DNA of 22,489 nucleotides from a virus (Duplodnaviria; Heunggongvirae; Uroviricota; Caudoviricetes): IMG/VR virus record IMGVR_UViG_2778261450_000009, positions 1 to 22,489 of that record; one strand, 5' to 3'. Shown piece by piece: positions 7,063 to 15,648 of this stretch (position 1 is its first letter; each line of letters starts with the position of its first letter). The notes under the pieces were generated by a model. It saw only the letters and a program-made list of their open reading frames with translations, ran no database searches and was not told where the DNA came from. The position numbers and the translations under genes were made by a program.

Positions 7063-7150
7063 GCAGATGGGCCTGAGGTTTGCTTGTGATCCCAACGCAT
7101 GAGCAGATGGCTGGCAGGTGCCGCTAACACCCACCAGCCGCCCATTACCA

Positions 7151-7179
7151 CAAATTAAAAAGCCTTCACTGAGGAAGGC
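7151..7179 (-). terminator. Rho-independent terminator overlapping the stop of the 7166..7363 gene (minus strand)
   Basis: Minus-strand GCCTTC-ctcagt-GAAGGC followed by TTTTTAATTT. Confidence 0.6.
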
Positions 7180-7363
7180 GTCTGTAACAACCGAACTGAT
7201 AATCTGCCAGACCCGCCATAACAAGCTGGGTCAGTATTAACTGGCAGCGTTCGCGTGAAAGGTAAGTATTCTGCGCAATTTCCCCGACGGTCGCCGGTTC
7301 GGTGACGCTTAATTCATTAAACACCACTCTGGCGGTTTCGGTCATATCCTGCTGTTTTAGCAT
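7166..7363 (-). CDS. Small hypothetical protein (65 aa) with a winged-helix-like segment
   Basis: ATG at 7363 (MLKQQDMTETARVVFNELSVTEPATVGEIAQNTYLSRERCQLILTQLVMAGLADYQ). The ORF-track version starts at a GTG at 7456. The HTH-like call is from pattern only. Confidence 0.45.
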   Translation of the reverse strand: MLKQQDMTETARVVFNELSVTEPATVGEIAQNTYLSRERCQLILTQLVMAGLADYQFGCYRRLPQ

Positions 7364-7871
7364 GTCTTTTTCCCTTTTCCGGTTAACGTGACATACCAAT
7401 AACTCTTGTCGAAAAAGCCAGCAAGCTGAAAGACCGGTATTCGTAACCACCAGCACGTTTAACGTCCTGTGCCGTTTTTCGGGTACAAAAAACAGCCCGA
7501 CGGCGGTTTTAAGGAAGGAGTCGAAGCAACCACTCTTAACATCATAATTGAATTTTTACGTACGTAAACCACAAATACGCCACTCAAATGTTAATGCTCT
7601 ATAACAAAACCAAACATGCGAATAACACATATTACACCAAATGCATCATTGTTATTTTTCAATGAAAAATGAGTAAATAATGTATTTCATTAATTAAATT
7701 CCGCATTACACAAAAATATCGACAAATTACACCAACGCGCATAAATGAGATCTTGATCATATTATCAATCACTAAATTAAACTTGCCTCTTGAAATAACC
7801 ACATTGATTAGATGAATATTTATCGCGCAGTGACATCATTTTTTAAAAATAGTTCAAAAAAAGGGTTCGTG

Positions 7872-8975
7872 ATGAAAAAATTAACGGTGGCAATTTCTGC
7901 TGTGGCTGCATCAGTACTGATGGCGATGTCTGCTCAGGCAGCAGAGATTTATAATAAAGACAGCAACAAGTTGGATCTGTACGGAAAAGTTAATGCTAAG
8001 CACTACTTCTCCTCTAACGATGCAAATGATGGCGACACAACTTATGCTCGTCTGGGTTTCAAAGGCGAAACTCAGATCAACGATCAACTGACTGGTTTCG
8101 GTCAGTGGGAATATGAATTCAAAGGAAACCGTACTGAAGAACAGGGAGCAGCCAAAGATAAAACCCGTCTTGCATTTGCAGGGCTTAAATTCGGTGACTA
8201 CGGCTCCGTCGATTACGGTCGTAACTACGGTGTAGCATACGATATCGGTGCATGGACTGACGTTCTGCCAGAATTCGGTGGAGATACCTGGACCCAAACA
8301 GATGTATTCATGACTGGTCGCACCACTGGTGTTGCAACTTATCGTAACAACGACTTCTTTGGTCTGGTTGATGGTCTGAATTTTGCTGCACAGTACCAGG
8401 GTAAGAATAATCATGATCGTAGTAGCTTAGATAACTACACCAAAGGCAATGGCGATGGTTTTGGTTTCTCTGCGACCTATGAATACGAAGGTTTCGGCAT
8501 TGGTGCAACGTATGCGAAATCTGATCGTACCGACACTCAAGTCAAATTGGGTAAACTTCTCCCAGGAGTATTTGCTTCCGGCGAAAATGCAGAAGTCTGG
8601 GCTGCAGGTCTGAAATACGACGCAAACAACGTTTATCTGGCAACAACCTATTCAGAAACCCAGAATATGACTAAATTCGCAGATTACTTTGTGGCTAATA
8701 AAGCACAAAACTTCGAAGCTGTTGCACAATATCAGTTCGATTTCGGTCTGCGTCCGTCTGTTGCTTATCTGCAATCAAAAGGTAAAGATCTTGGCATTTT
8801 TGGTGACCAAGATTTAGTCAAATATGTTGATGTTGGCGCAACTTATTATTTCAACAAAAATATGTCTACCTTCGTTGATTACAAAATCAACCTGCTTGAC
8901 AAAAATGACTTTACTAAAGCTCTTGGTGTAAACACTGACGATATCGTTGCTGTAGGTATGGTATACCAGTTCTAA
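7872..8975 (+). CDS. nmpC: Outer-membrane general porin of the OmpC/OmpF family, NmpC/Lc type (prophage-borne)
   Basis: Signal peptide [23 protein letters not shown]|AEIY, beta-barrel porin motifs throughout and C-terminal ...VAVGMVYQF. By recall closely matches E. coli NmpC and the Lc porin of phage PA-2. The ORF-track N-terminal extension (start 7812) is probably not translated. Preceded by a long AT-rich promoter region (7460-7870). Confidence 0.88.
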   Translation: MKKLTVAISAVAASVLMAMSAQAAEIYNKDSNKLDLYGKVNAKHYFSSNDANDGDTTYARLGFKGETQINDQLTGFGQWEYEFKGNRTEEQGAAKDKTRLAFAGLKFGDYGSVDYGRNYGVAYDIGAWTDVLPEFGGDTWTQTDVFMTGRTTGVATYRNNDFFGLVDGLNFAAQYQGKNNHDRSSLDNYTKGNGDGFGFSATYEYEGFGIGATYAKSDRTDTQVKLGKLLPGVFASGENAEVWAAGLKYDANNVYLATTYSETQNMTKFADYFVANKAQNFEAVAQYQFDFGLRPSVAYLQSKGKDLGIFGDQDLVKYVDVGATYYFNKNMSTFVDYKINLLDKNDFTKALGVNTDDIVAVGMVYQF

Positions 8976-8992
8976 TCTGGTTAATAAAGGAT

Positions 8993-9021
8993 ATGCTGAG
9001 AAGGTTTTATCTTCTCAGCAT
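8993..9021. terminator. Perfect 11-bp-stem hairpin (ATGCTGAGAAG / CTTCTCAGCAT) 3' of the porin gene; probable terminator
   Basis: Read directly from the sequence. The U-tract is weak on both strands. Confidence 0.5.
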
Positions 9022-9155
9022 ATAAGTGGCTCCCTCAAGCCACTTCTTTAAGAAGCATTAGAGCTCTGCTTCTTACTATCTAAACTTTCTGTTATATATT
9101 ACCCTTTATCTTGGGGGTGTTTTTACGCCCCATTTTTTATTAAAAAATAATCGTA

Positions 9156-9539
9156 TTAATTAAGCTTAGTAACATCAATATCCATCTCTAAGCAAATGTC
9201 TAATGCCATTAACATACCTTCGATTATTCCCTCTGCTTTCTGTAACCTTTTCCCGATATACCCATCAGAGCAATTATGCTTCCGCGCCAGCATCATAAAC
9301 GTCATCCCACCAACATAATAATCCACCAGCAAATCATGTAAGCCATTGTTGCTCTTTTTCAGACAGGCCATACATCCACAAATGATCATCGCGTCATCGT
9401 CACAGCATTGCGGACGAGATCTTACTTTTGAAGGAATTAATCCCTTAAAACCGGCGGCAACGGACGACCAGGTCACATCTTCATGATTATTAGCCGCCCA
9501 CGCTCCCCAACGCTCAAGAACCATCTGAATATCACGCAT
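9156..9539 (-). CDS. Q: Late-gene antiterminator Q (lambdoid Q family)
   Basis: [62 protein letters not shown]...; matches the Q / QuuD-type antiterminator as recalled, with Cys clusters consistent with a zinc-binding domain. Confidence 0.85.
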   Translation of the reverse strand: MRDIQMVLERWGAWAANNHEDVTWSSVAAGFKGLIPSKVRSRPQCCDDDAMIICGCMACLKKSNNGLHDLLVDYYVGGMTFMMLARKHNCSDGYIGKRLQKAEGIIEGMLMALDICLEMDIDVTKLN

Positions 9540-9781
9540 CAGCGCAGTACCTCCTGCACCAGTTTTTCAAACTTTCCAACTTTGGTTTCCAGCTCTGCCA
9601 CACAATCCACCAGCTCATCCACAGCTTTTTGTGCACGGTGTTTCGCCTGCATCAGTTCCCTGAGCACTGGCACCATATCCCGACGAATGGCATCTTTTGT
9701 TACACCTGTTTTTTCCAGTTGTTCCGCCTGTCGCAACATTTCCTGTGCCTGTTTACGTAATTGTTCAGGGGTAAAAGTCAT
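9539..9781 (-). CDS. Hypothetical coiled-coil protein (80 aa) between the helicase and Q
   Basis: ATG at 9781 ([24 protein letters not shown]...); its stop overlaps the Q start (TGATG). The ORF-track start is TTG. Confidence 0.55.
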   Translation of the reverse strand: MTFTPEQLRKQAQEMLRQAEQLEKTGVTKDAIRRDMVPVLRELMQAKHRAQKAVDELVDCVAELETKVGKFEKLVQEVLR

Positions 9782-9792
9782 TGTCTGGTTGT

Positions 9793-11193
9793 TCAAAAGA
9801 AACGCTCCATCTTACTGCTGTCAGTTCGTTTGTTACTGTATCTTCGCGGTCTGGACGGCTGCATTGGTGTAGAAAGAACCTGTGCGCTTTCCTGGTCTAC
9901 AGGCAGAAAATGTCCGTTATAAAAACGTCGGTAAATCGTCCCCAGAGAACCATTACGTTGCTTCGTGATATTAATTTCTGCGATGCCCCTGGCCTGCGTA
10001 TCCGGGTTGTACACTTCATCCCTGTAAAGCATCAGAATGATGTCAGCATCCGCCTCTATTTCTCCGGAATTTTTCAGGTCTGAGTTCATGGGACGTTTAT
10101 TTGGTCTGGACTCCACACTGCGGGAAAGCTGGCTCAGCGCAATCAACGGAAAACCACCGGATTTTGCCAGGCCTTTAAGTCCCTTTGAGATTTCACCCAC
10201 GGCAAGGTCATGACGCCCCGTGGTTCGGGTTTTTATCAGCCCGAGATAATCAACCACCACCAGTGCCGTTTCCGGATGTTTAATCAAATGGTGTTTCGTT
10301 GTTGCGCATATCTCGTCAATGGTCAGGTTCGCCTGGTCCACCATCCAGATATTGCGTCCGGTCATCAGCTCCACCCCCTTAATGAAACGCGCCCAGTCTT
10401 CGTCACCAAAGTTAGAGACAGATTTCAGGCGCGATACAGGCATTCCTCCGGCAGCAGACACCATGCGTTCACCGATCTGAATGTTCGCCATTTCCATTGT
10501 GAACAGAAGAACACCGCGCCCCTGTTCAGTCACTTTGTCGATGATATCCAGCGCCAGTTCTGTTTTCCCCATCGAAGGGCGCGCCGCGATGAATATCAGG
10601 TCTCCTGGCTCCATGCCGCCTGTTTTTGCGTCCAGTTCATCAATACCGGTCATCAACGTCCTGGATTTCTCCAGCCCCTGATTCCGGCATTCAACACGGT
10701 CAACCACCTCCGGAAGCACATCATCAATATGTACCGGCTGAACAATGCCCTTTTCCGTCGACAATGAGGTCATCATGTTTTGCGCATCCTTCAGGGCATC
10801 TTCAGCTGCTTCACAGGTATGCGCATCGCGTAATTTCTGCAATGCTTCGGCCAGTGTTTTTTCTGCATCACGCAGTGCGGCATTGCGTCGCAGTGCTGCA
10901 ACATAGTGTTCCAGAGATGACTTCACCCAGGTTTTACGCCCGGTATCAGTAATCACCGGGGCAAGTTCCGGCATCTCATTGCACAACAGCACAGGATCAA
11001 TCACGCCGGACACACGGGCCTGTCTGCAGATGCCTGTGTAGATATCCCGGTACGGTCGTACAGAAAAAACGTCCGCCGGTAGTGTGGCCAGAATATCCAT
11101 CACTTCCGGATCTGCCCCACGCAAAAAGAATGCGCCAATAACAGCACCTTCCAGATCATCGTTACGCCAGACCGGGCTTTTCTGGCTGATCAT
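9793..11193 (-). CDS. Replicative DNA helicase, DnaB family (phage-encoded)
   Basis: 466 aa; N-terminal DnaB-like domain and a C-terminal RecA-like ATPase with Walker A (ARPSMGKTELAL) and Walker B (ALVVVDYLGL). GGAGGTG RBS; the start overlaps the loader stop (ATGA). Confidence 0.9.
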   Translation of the reverse strand: MISQKSPVWRNDDLEGAVIGAFFLRGADPEVMDILATLPADVFSVRPYRDIYTGICRQARVSGVIDPVLLCNEMPELAPVITDTGRKTWVKSSLEHYVAALRRNAALRDAEKTLAEALQKLRDAHTCEAAEDALKDAQNMMTSLSTEKGIVQPVHIDDVLPEVVDRVECRNQGLEKSRTLMTGIDELDAKTGGMEPGDLIFIAARPSMGKTELALDIIDKVTEQGRGVLLFTMEMANIQIGERMVSAAGGMPVSRLKSVSNFGDEDWARFIKGVELMTGRNIWMVDQANLTIDEICATTKHHLIKHPETALVVVDYLGLIKTRTTGRHDLAVGEISKGLKGLAKSGGFPLIALSQLSRSVESRPNKRPMNSDLKNSGEIEADADIILMLYRDEVYNPDTQARGIAEINITKQRNGSLGTIYRRFYNGHFLPVDQESAQVLSTPMQPSRPRRYSNKRTDSSKMERFF

Positions 11194-12068
11194 GCTGCCA
11201 CACCTCCGGCATGTGCACGATAGCTGGGCCAGTTAAAGGACAACAGGTTACGGCCACCATCCGTAACCCTGTCAGCAATACGTGGACTGATGTATGCCCA
11301 CAACGCCTTCGGTGAAAGATTGCTGATCAGGATGGTTGGCAGAATGCTTTCGTACCGGGCATTGATAATTTCCTGAAGAATGGCCATTTCCGCCGCGCTA
11401 CCAAACTGGACACCCACTTCGTCGATAATCAGCAGATCCAGTGATGCATAATGCTCAATCACCTCATCCGCAGTTTTTTCGCTGTCATTCCGCCAGCAGT
11501 TTTTCACAGCCCGGGTCAGGCGCATCACGTCGGTGATCTCAACACTGGCGAGATAGTTGCGGATGACATATTTTGCCATTGCAACCGCCAGGTGATTTTT
11601 CCCGGTGCCACAACTGCCAGTCAGCACGAGATTTGTGCCGTTCTCCAGAACATCCGCCCAGTTTTCGGCATAGCGACGACAGGCAGCAAGATTTCTGGCT
11701 GCGTCAGGATTAATCTCCTGATAGTTTTCAAACTCACAGTCGCGAAAACGCAGTGCAATTCCGGCGTTATCAGTCAGTTCCTCCGCCTTCAGGGACGAGA
11801 GCTCCATAATCACATCGTTGATTTCAGCACTCAGGCAGTGAGGGCAGTGTGAAATTTTCTCTCTGTCCTCGCCATTACGATCCCCCCACACCAGAATATG
11901 CGTGTGATATTCGCCATGTTTTTCGCAATATCCGCGTCCTTCACGCATCCGGCAGGAACGATAAGGCCACGGTTTTTCCCCAGTCTCCGCAAACGCCATC
12001 TCAGACCGTAACTCATCCATCCGCGCCTGTAGTCTTGTTTGTTGTTCACGCAGGTTAAACGTCATCAT
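11190..12068 (-). CDS. DnaC-like helicase loader (IstB-like AAA+ ATPase)
   Basis: Walker A GSCGTGKNHLAVAMA (DnaC-type GKNHL) and Walker B LLIIDEVG; N-terminal Cys/His cluster. Start ATG at 12068 with GAGGTG RBS; the ORF-track start is GTG. Confidence 0.85.
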   Translation of the reverse strand: MMTFNLREQQTRLQARMDELRSEMAFAETGEKPWPYRSCRMREGRGYCEKHGEYHTHILVWGDRNGEDREKISHCPHCLSAEINDVIMELSSLKAEELTDNAGIALRFRDCEFENYQEINPDAARNLAACRRYAENWADVLENGTNLVLTGSCGTGKNHLAVAMAKYVIRNYLASVEITDVMRLTRAVKNCWRNDSEKTADEVIEHYASLDLLIIDEVGVQFGSAAEMAILQEIINARYESILPTILISNLSPKALWAYISPRIADRVTDGGRNLLSFNWPSYRAHAGGVAA

Positions 12069-12078
12069 CGCTGTCACC

Positions 12079-12987
12079 TCAGAATGTTAAGTTGTCACTG
12101 GATTTACCGAATTCGTCAGACATGGCACCAAGACCAGACAGGATATCTATCTGTCGCTGTCGCCCACCTCCGGGAGCGGCTGGCTGTTGCCAGAAATCTT
12201 CGAAGTGACGATCGGGTCCAAAGAACGTCGCAGCCTGCTTCACGAACTGTGTGCCGGTATTTCCTGTAGCACGTACCCAGGCGGCATAACGTCTCACACC
12301 ATCAAGCATGGTCTCCGGTTTTATCCCCTCCCTGATACGGGCTTTCCAGGCTTTGAAGGCTGCTGACTTGGAATTGCCACCAGCACGTTTGGGATATTCC
12401 TGCCAGGCCTGTTCAAATTCCGGTGAATATTCCTGTCGGGCAGAACGTGCTGGTGCAGACGCGTCAGCGGATGCGCCAATAGTGTTTTTACTCTCTGTAG
12501 TATTCTCTGAAGTAATCTCTGTTGTATTCTCTGTAAGATCGAAATTGGTTTTCCCTTCTCCGCGGCGAGGGGTTTCCCGTGTCCGCGGTGAAGGCTTTCC
12601 CTCCTCCGCGAAATTGGGTTTTACAGTTTCCCGAAAACGGGTTTCCCCATTTCGGGAAAACTGATTGTTTTCATTGATAATTTCATTAAGGCGCTCACAA
12701 TCTATACGGTAGAACATTTTGTGCTCAAGACGCTTGTTGGTTTCAACCAAAATGCCTCTGGACACAAGATGCTTACGCGCTACAGCCTGTTGTTCAAATG
12801 TAAGTCCGGTTTCGTGTTGTATCTCTTCACGCGTTTTATGTACGCCTTCCGCTGCATGTGCTTTATCCTGCCAGTAAAAAATCTGACCAAAGAAAATAAC
12901 AGCGTGCGGACTTCCCATGTATTTAACGAGCCCAGGGTAATAAGCAACCGGATGTCCAAAATCGAGCAGAAGATCAGACGGACGCAT
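12079..12987 (-). CDS. Replication initiator (lambda O-like replisome organiser) containing the origin repeats
   Basis: Position directly upstream of the loader and helicase; internal iteron array in the middle of the gene as in lambda O/ori; ATG at 12987 with GGGAGGTG RBS. Family assignment is by context and architecture, not by recognised sequence identity. Confidence 0.7.
   Translation of the reverse strand: MRPSDLLLDFGHPVAYYPGLVKYMGSPHAVIFFGQIFYWQDKAHAAEGVHKTREEIQHETGLTFEQQAVARKHLVSRGILVETNKRLEHKMFYRIDCERLNEIINENNQFSRNGETRFRETVKPNFAEEGKPSPRTRETPRRGEGKTNFDLTENTTEITSENTTESKNTIGASADASAPARSARQEYSPEFEQAWQEYPKRAGGNSKSAAFKAWKARIREGIKPETMLDGVRRYAAWVRATGNTGTQFVKQAATFFGPDRHFEDFWQQPAAPGGGRQRQIDILSGLGAMSDEFGKSSDNLTF
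12491..12660. repeat. Putative replication origin: four tandem 12-bp repeats, three roughly 22-bp GGTTTCCC...CCGCGG iteron-like repeats, and an inverted repeat TTTCCCGAAA / TTTCGGGAAA
   Basis: Read directly from the sequence. Located inside the initiator gene, where lambda places ori. The tandem repeats also encode the repetitive peptide TENTTEITSENTTESKN. Confidence 0.6.
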
Positions 12988-13207
12988 AGCCACCTCCCAG
13001 GCGTTTAAACATTTTTCCGGACTGAAACGCCACCAGCGGATAACTCAGAGTATGAGTACGTCCCTGAACCTGGCAGACAACTTTCTGGCTTTCAGTGCTG
13101 ACTAGGCAAACCCGCAGAACGTGACCGTTGCTGGTGGCGAACCACTGCCCCACACGGGGGCAACGGTTGTATCGGTGATACAGGGAATTAACGATGCGGC
13201 GAATCAT
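12974..13207 (-). CDS. Hypothetical small protein (77 aa), translationally coupled between rha and the initiator
   Basis: ATG overlaps the Rha stop (ATGA); its 3' end overlaps the initiator start by 14 nt. Cys/Arg-rich; no recognised domain. Confidence 0.4.
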   Translation of the reverse strand: MIRRIVNSLYHRYNRCPRVGQWFATSNGHVLRVCLVSTESQKVVCQVQGRTHTLSYPLVAFQSGKMFKRLGGGYASV

Positions 13208-13755
13208 GGGTGCGCCTCCTTGTCAGAACCATTAAGTCTGGAATCAACAAGTGCAGCGCCAAAAACAGCATCTCCTACACGGTCATACAGCTTGCTCGCC
13301 AGCGGAGATTCAACGGCCTTAAGCATGGGGTAAAGCTGGCTTTTCCAGATTTGATGGATTTCACGCAAATGCAGGTATACGCCTCTGGCGTTTCGTGCAA
13401 CAGCTGACATATCAACCGCGTCAGCACCAGATAAATTCTTCTCCATCTGGTTAAAGGCGTTGATGTATGCCTCTTTGAACCGGGCTGCACGTTTGCCAGT
13501 AAAGCCCATGGCAAGAAACGCAAAACCGTCGCGGGTGATTTGGTAGCAGGGAAGTTTGCGGCCTGATGCGTCGGTGTATTCACTTAACACAAAATTGTGT
13601 TCAGTAAATTCAGCGGAACATTCGAGGTTTCGAATTCTATCTAAAACCCGCTCATGCCGTTTAGTAAAGTAATTAGAAACTGCAAGAGATGTGGTGACAA
13701 CACGACCATTGATAATCGTGATTTCAGGGTGAGATTGGGTTGGGAGAGTAGTCAT
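13204..13755 (-). CDS. rha: Phage regulatory protein Rha
   Basis: ITIINGRVVTTSLAVSNYFTKRHERVLDRIRNLECSAEFTEHNFVLSEYTDASGRKLPCYQITRDGFAFLAMGFTGKRAARFKE matches the Rha domain as recalled. ATG at 13755 (MTTLPTQ...). The ORF-track version extends to a TTG at 14073. Confidence 0.7.
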   Translation of the reverse strand: MTTLPTQSHPEITIINGRVVTTSLAVSNYFTKRHERVLDRIRNLECSAEFTEHNFVLSEYTDASGRKLPCYQITRDGFAFLAMGFTGKRAARFKEAYINAFNQMEKNLSGADAVDMSAVARNARGVYLHLREIHQIWKSQLYPMLKAVESPLASKLYDRVGDAVFGAALVDSRLNGSDKEAHP

Positions 13756-14069
13756 GGTGACAGCCCCTATGTTGAATTCAATGAACTCACCACCAAGGCT
13801 TCTCACGGCAATAGGTGGTGAGACGTACAGGGGTGAGAAACCGGTCAACATAGAACCCGGCCCAACCGAAGTCGGCCCTGTACGCCCCACCATAATTTGG
13901 GCGTAGCAATGCTCATGACACGAAAAAACCGCATGAGCGCGGTTGTGCTCTATATTGGATTTCGGGTTCTCACGCCCGGCACCCGCTTTATAAGGTGCTG
14001 GAACAGTGTAACGTCCCGAAATTGCAGAATCAATATGTTGGTTGCGGATCATTTTGTACCTACTCGCCG

Positions 14070-14279
14070 TCAATCCGCGTTTTCGCGCTGATTCCAGTCA
14101 TGAACAGCACGTTCTTTCGAATCAGGGATCTGGTTTGCGTTACAGCAAGTACATGCGACGTAATAACCATCATCGCCATCCAGAAAATATTTCACCTCAA
14201 TGAGTTGTACTTCCGGATTTCCGCAGAACGGGCAAGGTTTCAGATCGACATCACCAGTTACACACGTCTTGGTTTGCAT
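14070..14279 (-). CDS. lar: Lar/RalR-family restriction-alleviation zinc-ribbon protein
   Basis: 69 aa with the KPCPFCG motif and a second Cys pair (CTCC), as in Lar/RalR family proteins recalled from the Rac prophage. Confidence 0.7.
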   Translation of the reverse strand: MQTKTCVTGDVDLKPCPFCGNPEVQLIEVKYFLDGDDGYYVACTCCNANQIPDSKERAVHDWNQRENAD

Positions 14280-15139
14280 TATTTGTTCTCCTGTAAAAGA
14301 TTCGCGAGCTCAGTGTTATGGGTAAACAGCCCATCCCATGTTTTCTTCATCGGTAGTTCACCGTTCAGATAATGGCGATATAACCAGGCGGCACCTTTTT
14401 TCTTCAGGAGTGGTTTGAAAATCTCGCGCATTTCCCCGTTTTCCTGCTCAACCTGCCCAGAACGCTCAGTCAGGTATTGGTCACGTGCATACGCTTTTAC
14501 ACGCCAGCGCGGATACATAGCCTCCGGACGGTCGTCATACAGCCAGTTACGCTCTTCAAGGAACGCATTAATCTGACGAGTGTTTACACCGTTGAGTTGT
14601 TTGCAGAACTGCACAGGAGTGATGCCATCGGCGAGATGGCTTTCGAGTTTGCTGATGTAGCGAGCCTGACGCTCTGCATACCCGAGAGCAAGGCGTTCGG
14701 ATTTTTTGGCTTCAATCCACGCTTCAGCAGCAGCGATCGGATCGTCAAAGTCTGGAATAGTGTTTGAAGAAGGCGTTGCTTTACGAAAATACGCCTGCTC
14801 CATTTTTTCGAAGAACGACCAGGCCTCGTCTGTATCGACGATTTTTGACATGCGGGCAGCGCCGCGTTCTGTCCAGAGAGTGAGTGAACGCGCATTTCTT
14901 CCAACAGAGTGACCAATAGTCACTCTGTCCTTAAATGCTTTCAGGGCATCACCAGTTAAAAGAAAATAATGTTTCCCATCTTCAAAGCGCTCAAGATTGC
15001 GCGACAGATTTTTACGGATATTAGCTTCATCCGTGCCATATCCCGCCGCCAGCGTTTCAGTGGTAACTACGCGTACCCCCTGCCACTCAATCACTGGCAG
15101 GTTTTCAGGGTTGACTAATTTTTGTTTATTGATCATCAT
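14279..15139 (-). CDS. Antirepressor-like protein with N-terminal ORF6N-type domain
   Basis: N-terminal LPVIEWQGVRVVTTETLAAGYG...GKHYFLLTGDALKAFK...SLTLWTERGAARM resembles the ORF6N / Ant N-terminal domain. 286 aa; its stop overlaps the lar start. Confidence 0.65.
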   Translation of the reverse strand: MMINKQKLVNPENLPVIEWQGVRVVTTETLAAGYGTDEANIRKNLSRNLERFEDGKHYFLLTGDALKAFKDRVTIGHSVGRNARSLTLWTERGAARMSKIVDTDEAWSFFEKMEQAYFRKATPSSNTIPDFDDPIAAAEAWIEAKKSERLALGYAERQARYISKLESHLADGITPVQFCKQLNGVNTRQINAFLEERNWLYDDRPEAMYPRWRVKAYARDQYLTERSGQVEQENGEMREIFKPLLKKKGAAWLYRHYLNGELPMKKTWDGLFTHNTELANLLQENK

Positions 15140-15215
15140 GAAATCCCCTTACTAATCAGAATAAGTCGGGCTGACGGAGTGCGGCCCGGCTTTTCTTTTT
15201 TCGTTCAGTAACCGT

Positions 15216-15515
15216 TCATCGCGTGGACATTTCTGATGAATCACTCTGCCCATCTTCCGTGCGCGCTAGGCTTGGATTTGAAATTTTGCGTAACGAATCA
15301 GGAATTCCATCTTCAGGGTGAGGATAAAGATCTGGCCTTAAGCCATGTGGCGTGACCTTCCATGCAACTACTTCACATACGCGTAAAACAAAACGAGCAG
15401 GAATTGTGTTTTTTGAAAACCACTGATTCACCGCTTGCGGAGTTACACCAAGGTTTCGTGCAATGGCATTTTGCGCAATTAATGCGCGAAGTACGTCGTA
15501 ATCATTTCCTTTCAT
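15216..15515 (-). CDS. Cro-like / YdaS-like HTH regulator, divergent from cI
   Basis: First gene of the rightward-equivalent early operon. HTH-like segment IARNLGVTPQAVNQWFSKNTIP. No SD, so possibly a near-leaderless transcript. Confidence 0.6.
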   Translation of the reverse strand: MKGNDYDVLRALIAQNAIARNLGVTPQAVNQWFSKNTIPARFVLRVCEVVAWKVTPHGLRPDLYPHPEDGIPDSLRKISNPSLARTEDGQSDSSEMSTR

Positions 15516-15648
15516 AGCAAAACACCAATATTAACTTGATAACACAAGAATACATCAAGATTAAATTAACATGCAAGTTGCAAAAGGATCGAATACACTA
15601 AAATCAAGTAAAGATTTATCCTTGTAAAGAAACCCACAGGACCTGGTC
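15516..15648. promoter_or_regulatory. Immunity-region intergenic with divergent promoters and operator-like inverted repeats
   Basis: AT-rich 133-bp region between divergent cro-like and cI genes, with several CTTG...CAAG-flanked partial palindromes and -10-like hexamers (TAATAT, TAAAAT). Individual operator boundaries are not resolved. Confidence 0.55.

Noticed and set aside
7460-7870. Possible mobile element or IS in the AT-rich region upstream of the porin
   Set aside because: No transposase ORF and no terminal inverted repeats seen; it is consistent with a long porin promoter and regulatory region.
7911-8508. Two minus-strand ORFs (167 aa and 66 aa) inside the porin gene
   Set aside because: Antisense to a well-supported porin CDS; Cys/His-rich low-complexity products.
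9000-9155. Late promoter and Q-utilisation site directly downstream of Q
   Set aside because: Expected by analogy with lambda, and a GGGG...CCCC hairpin and TAATAA hexamers are present, but I could not define -35/-10 or a Q-binding element confidently from sequence alone.
10210-10952. Plus-strand ORFs (185, 66 and 108 aa) inside the helicase gene
   Set aside because: Antisense to the DnaB-family helicase CDS with intact Walker motifs; no RBS.
11451-12058. Plus-strand ORFs and an alternative-frame minus ORF (11831..12049) inside the loader gene
   Set aside because: They overlap the well-supported DnaC-like CDS.
12491-12660. Tandem short repeats that could be mistaken for a CRISPR array or a VNTR
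   Set aside because: The repeats are 12-22 bp, heterogeneous, have no unique spacers and lie inside the initiator gene; an ori iteron array fits better.
13210-13583. ORFs 13210..13407 (plus) and 13275..13583 (minus, alternative frame) over rha
   Set aside because: They overlap the Rha CDS; no RBS.
13756-14073. N-terminal extension of Rha to a 289-aa protein
   Set aside because: It needs a TTG start abutting the lar stop, and the Rha domain begins after the ATG at 13755, which has an upstream AGGGG. Kept as an alternative, not excluded.
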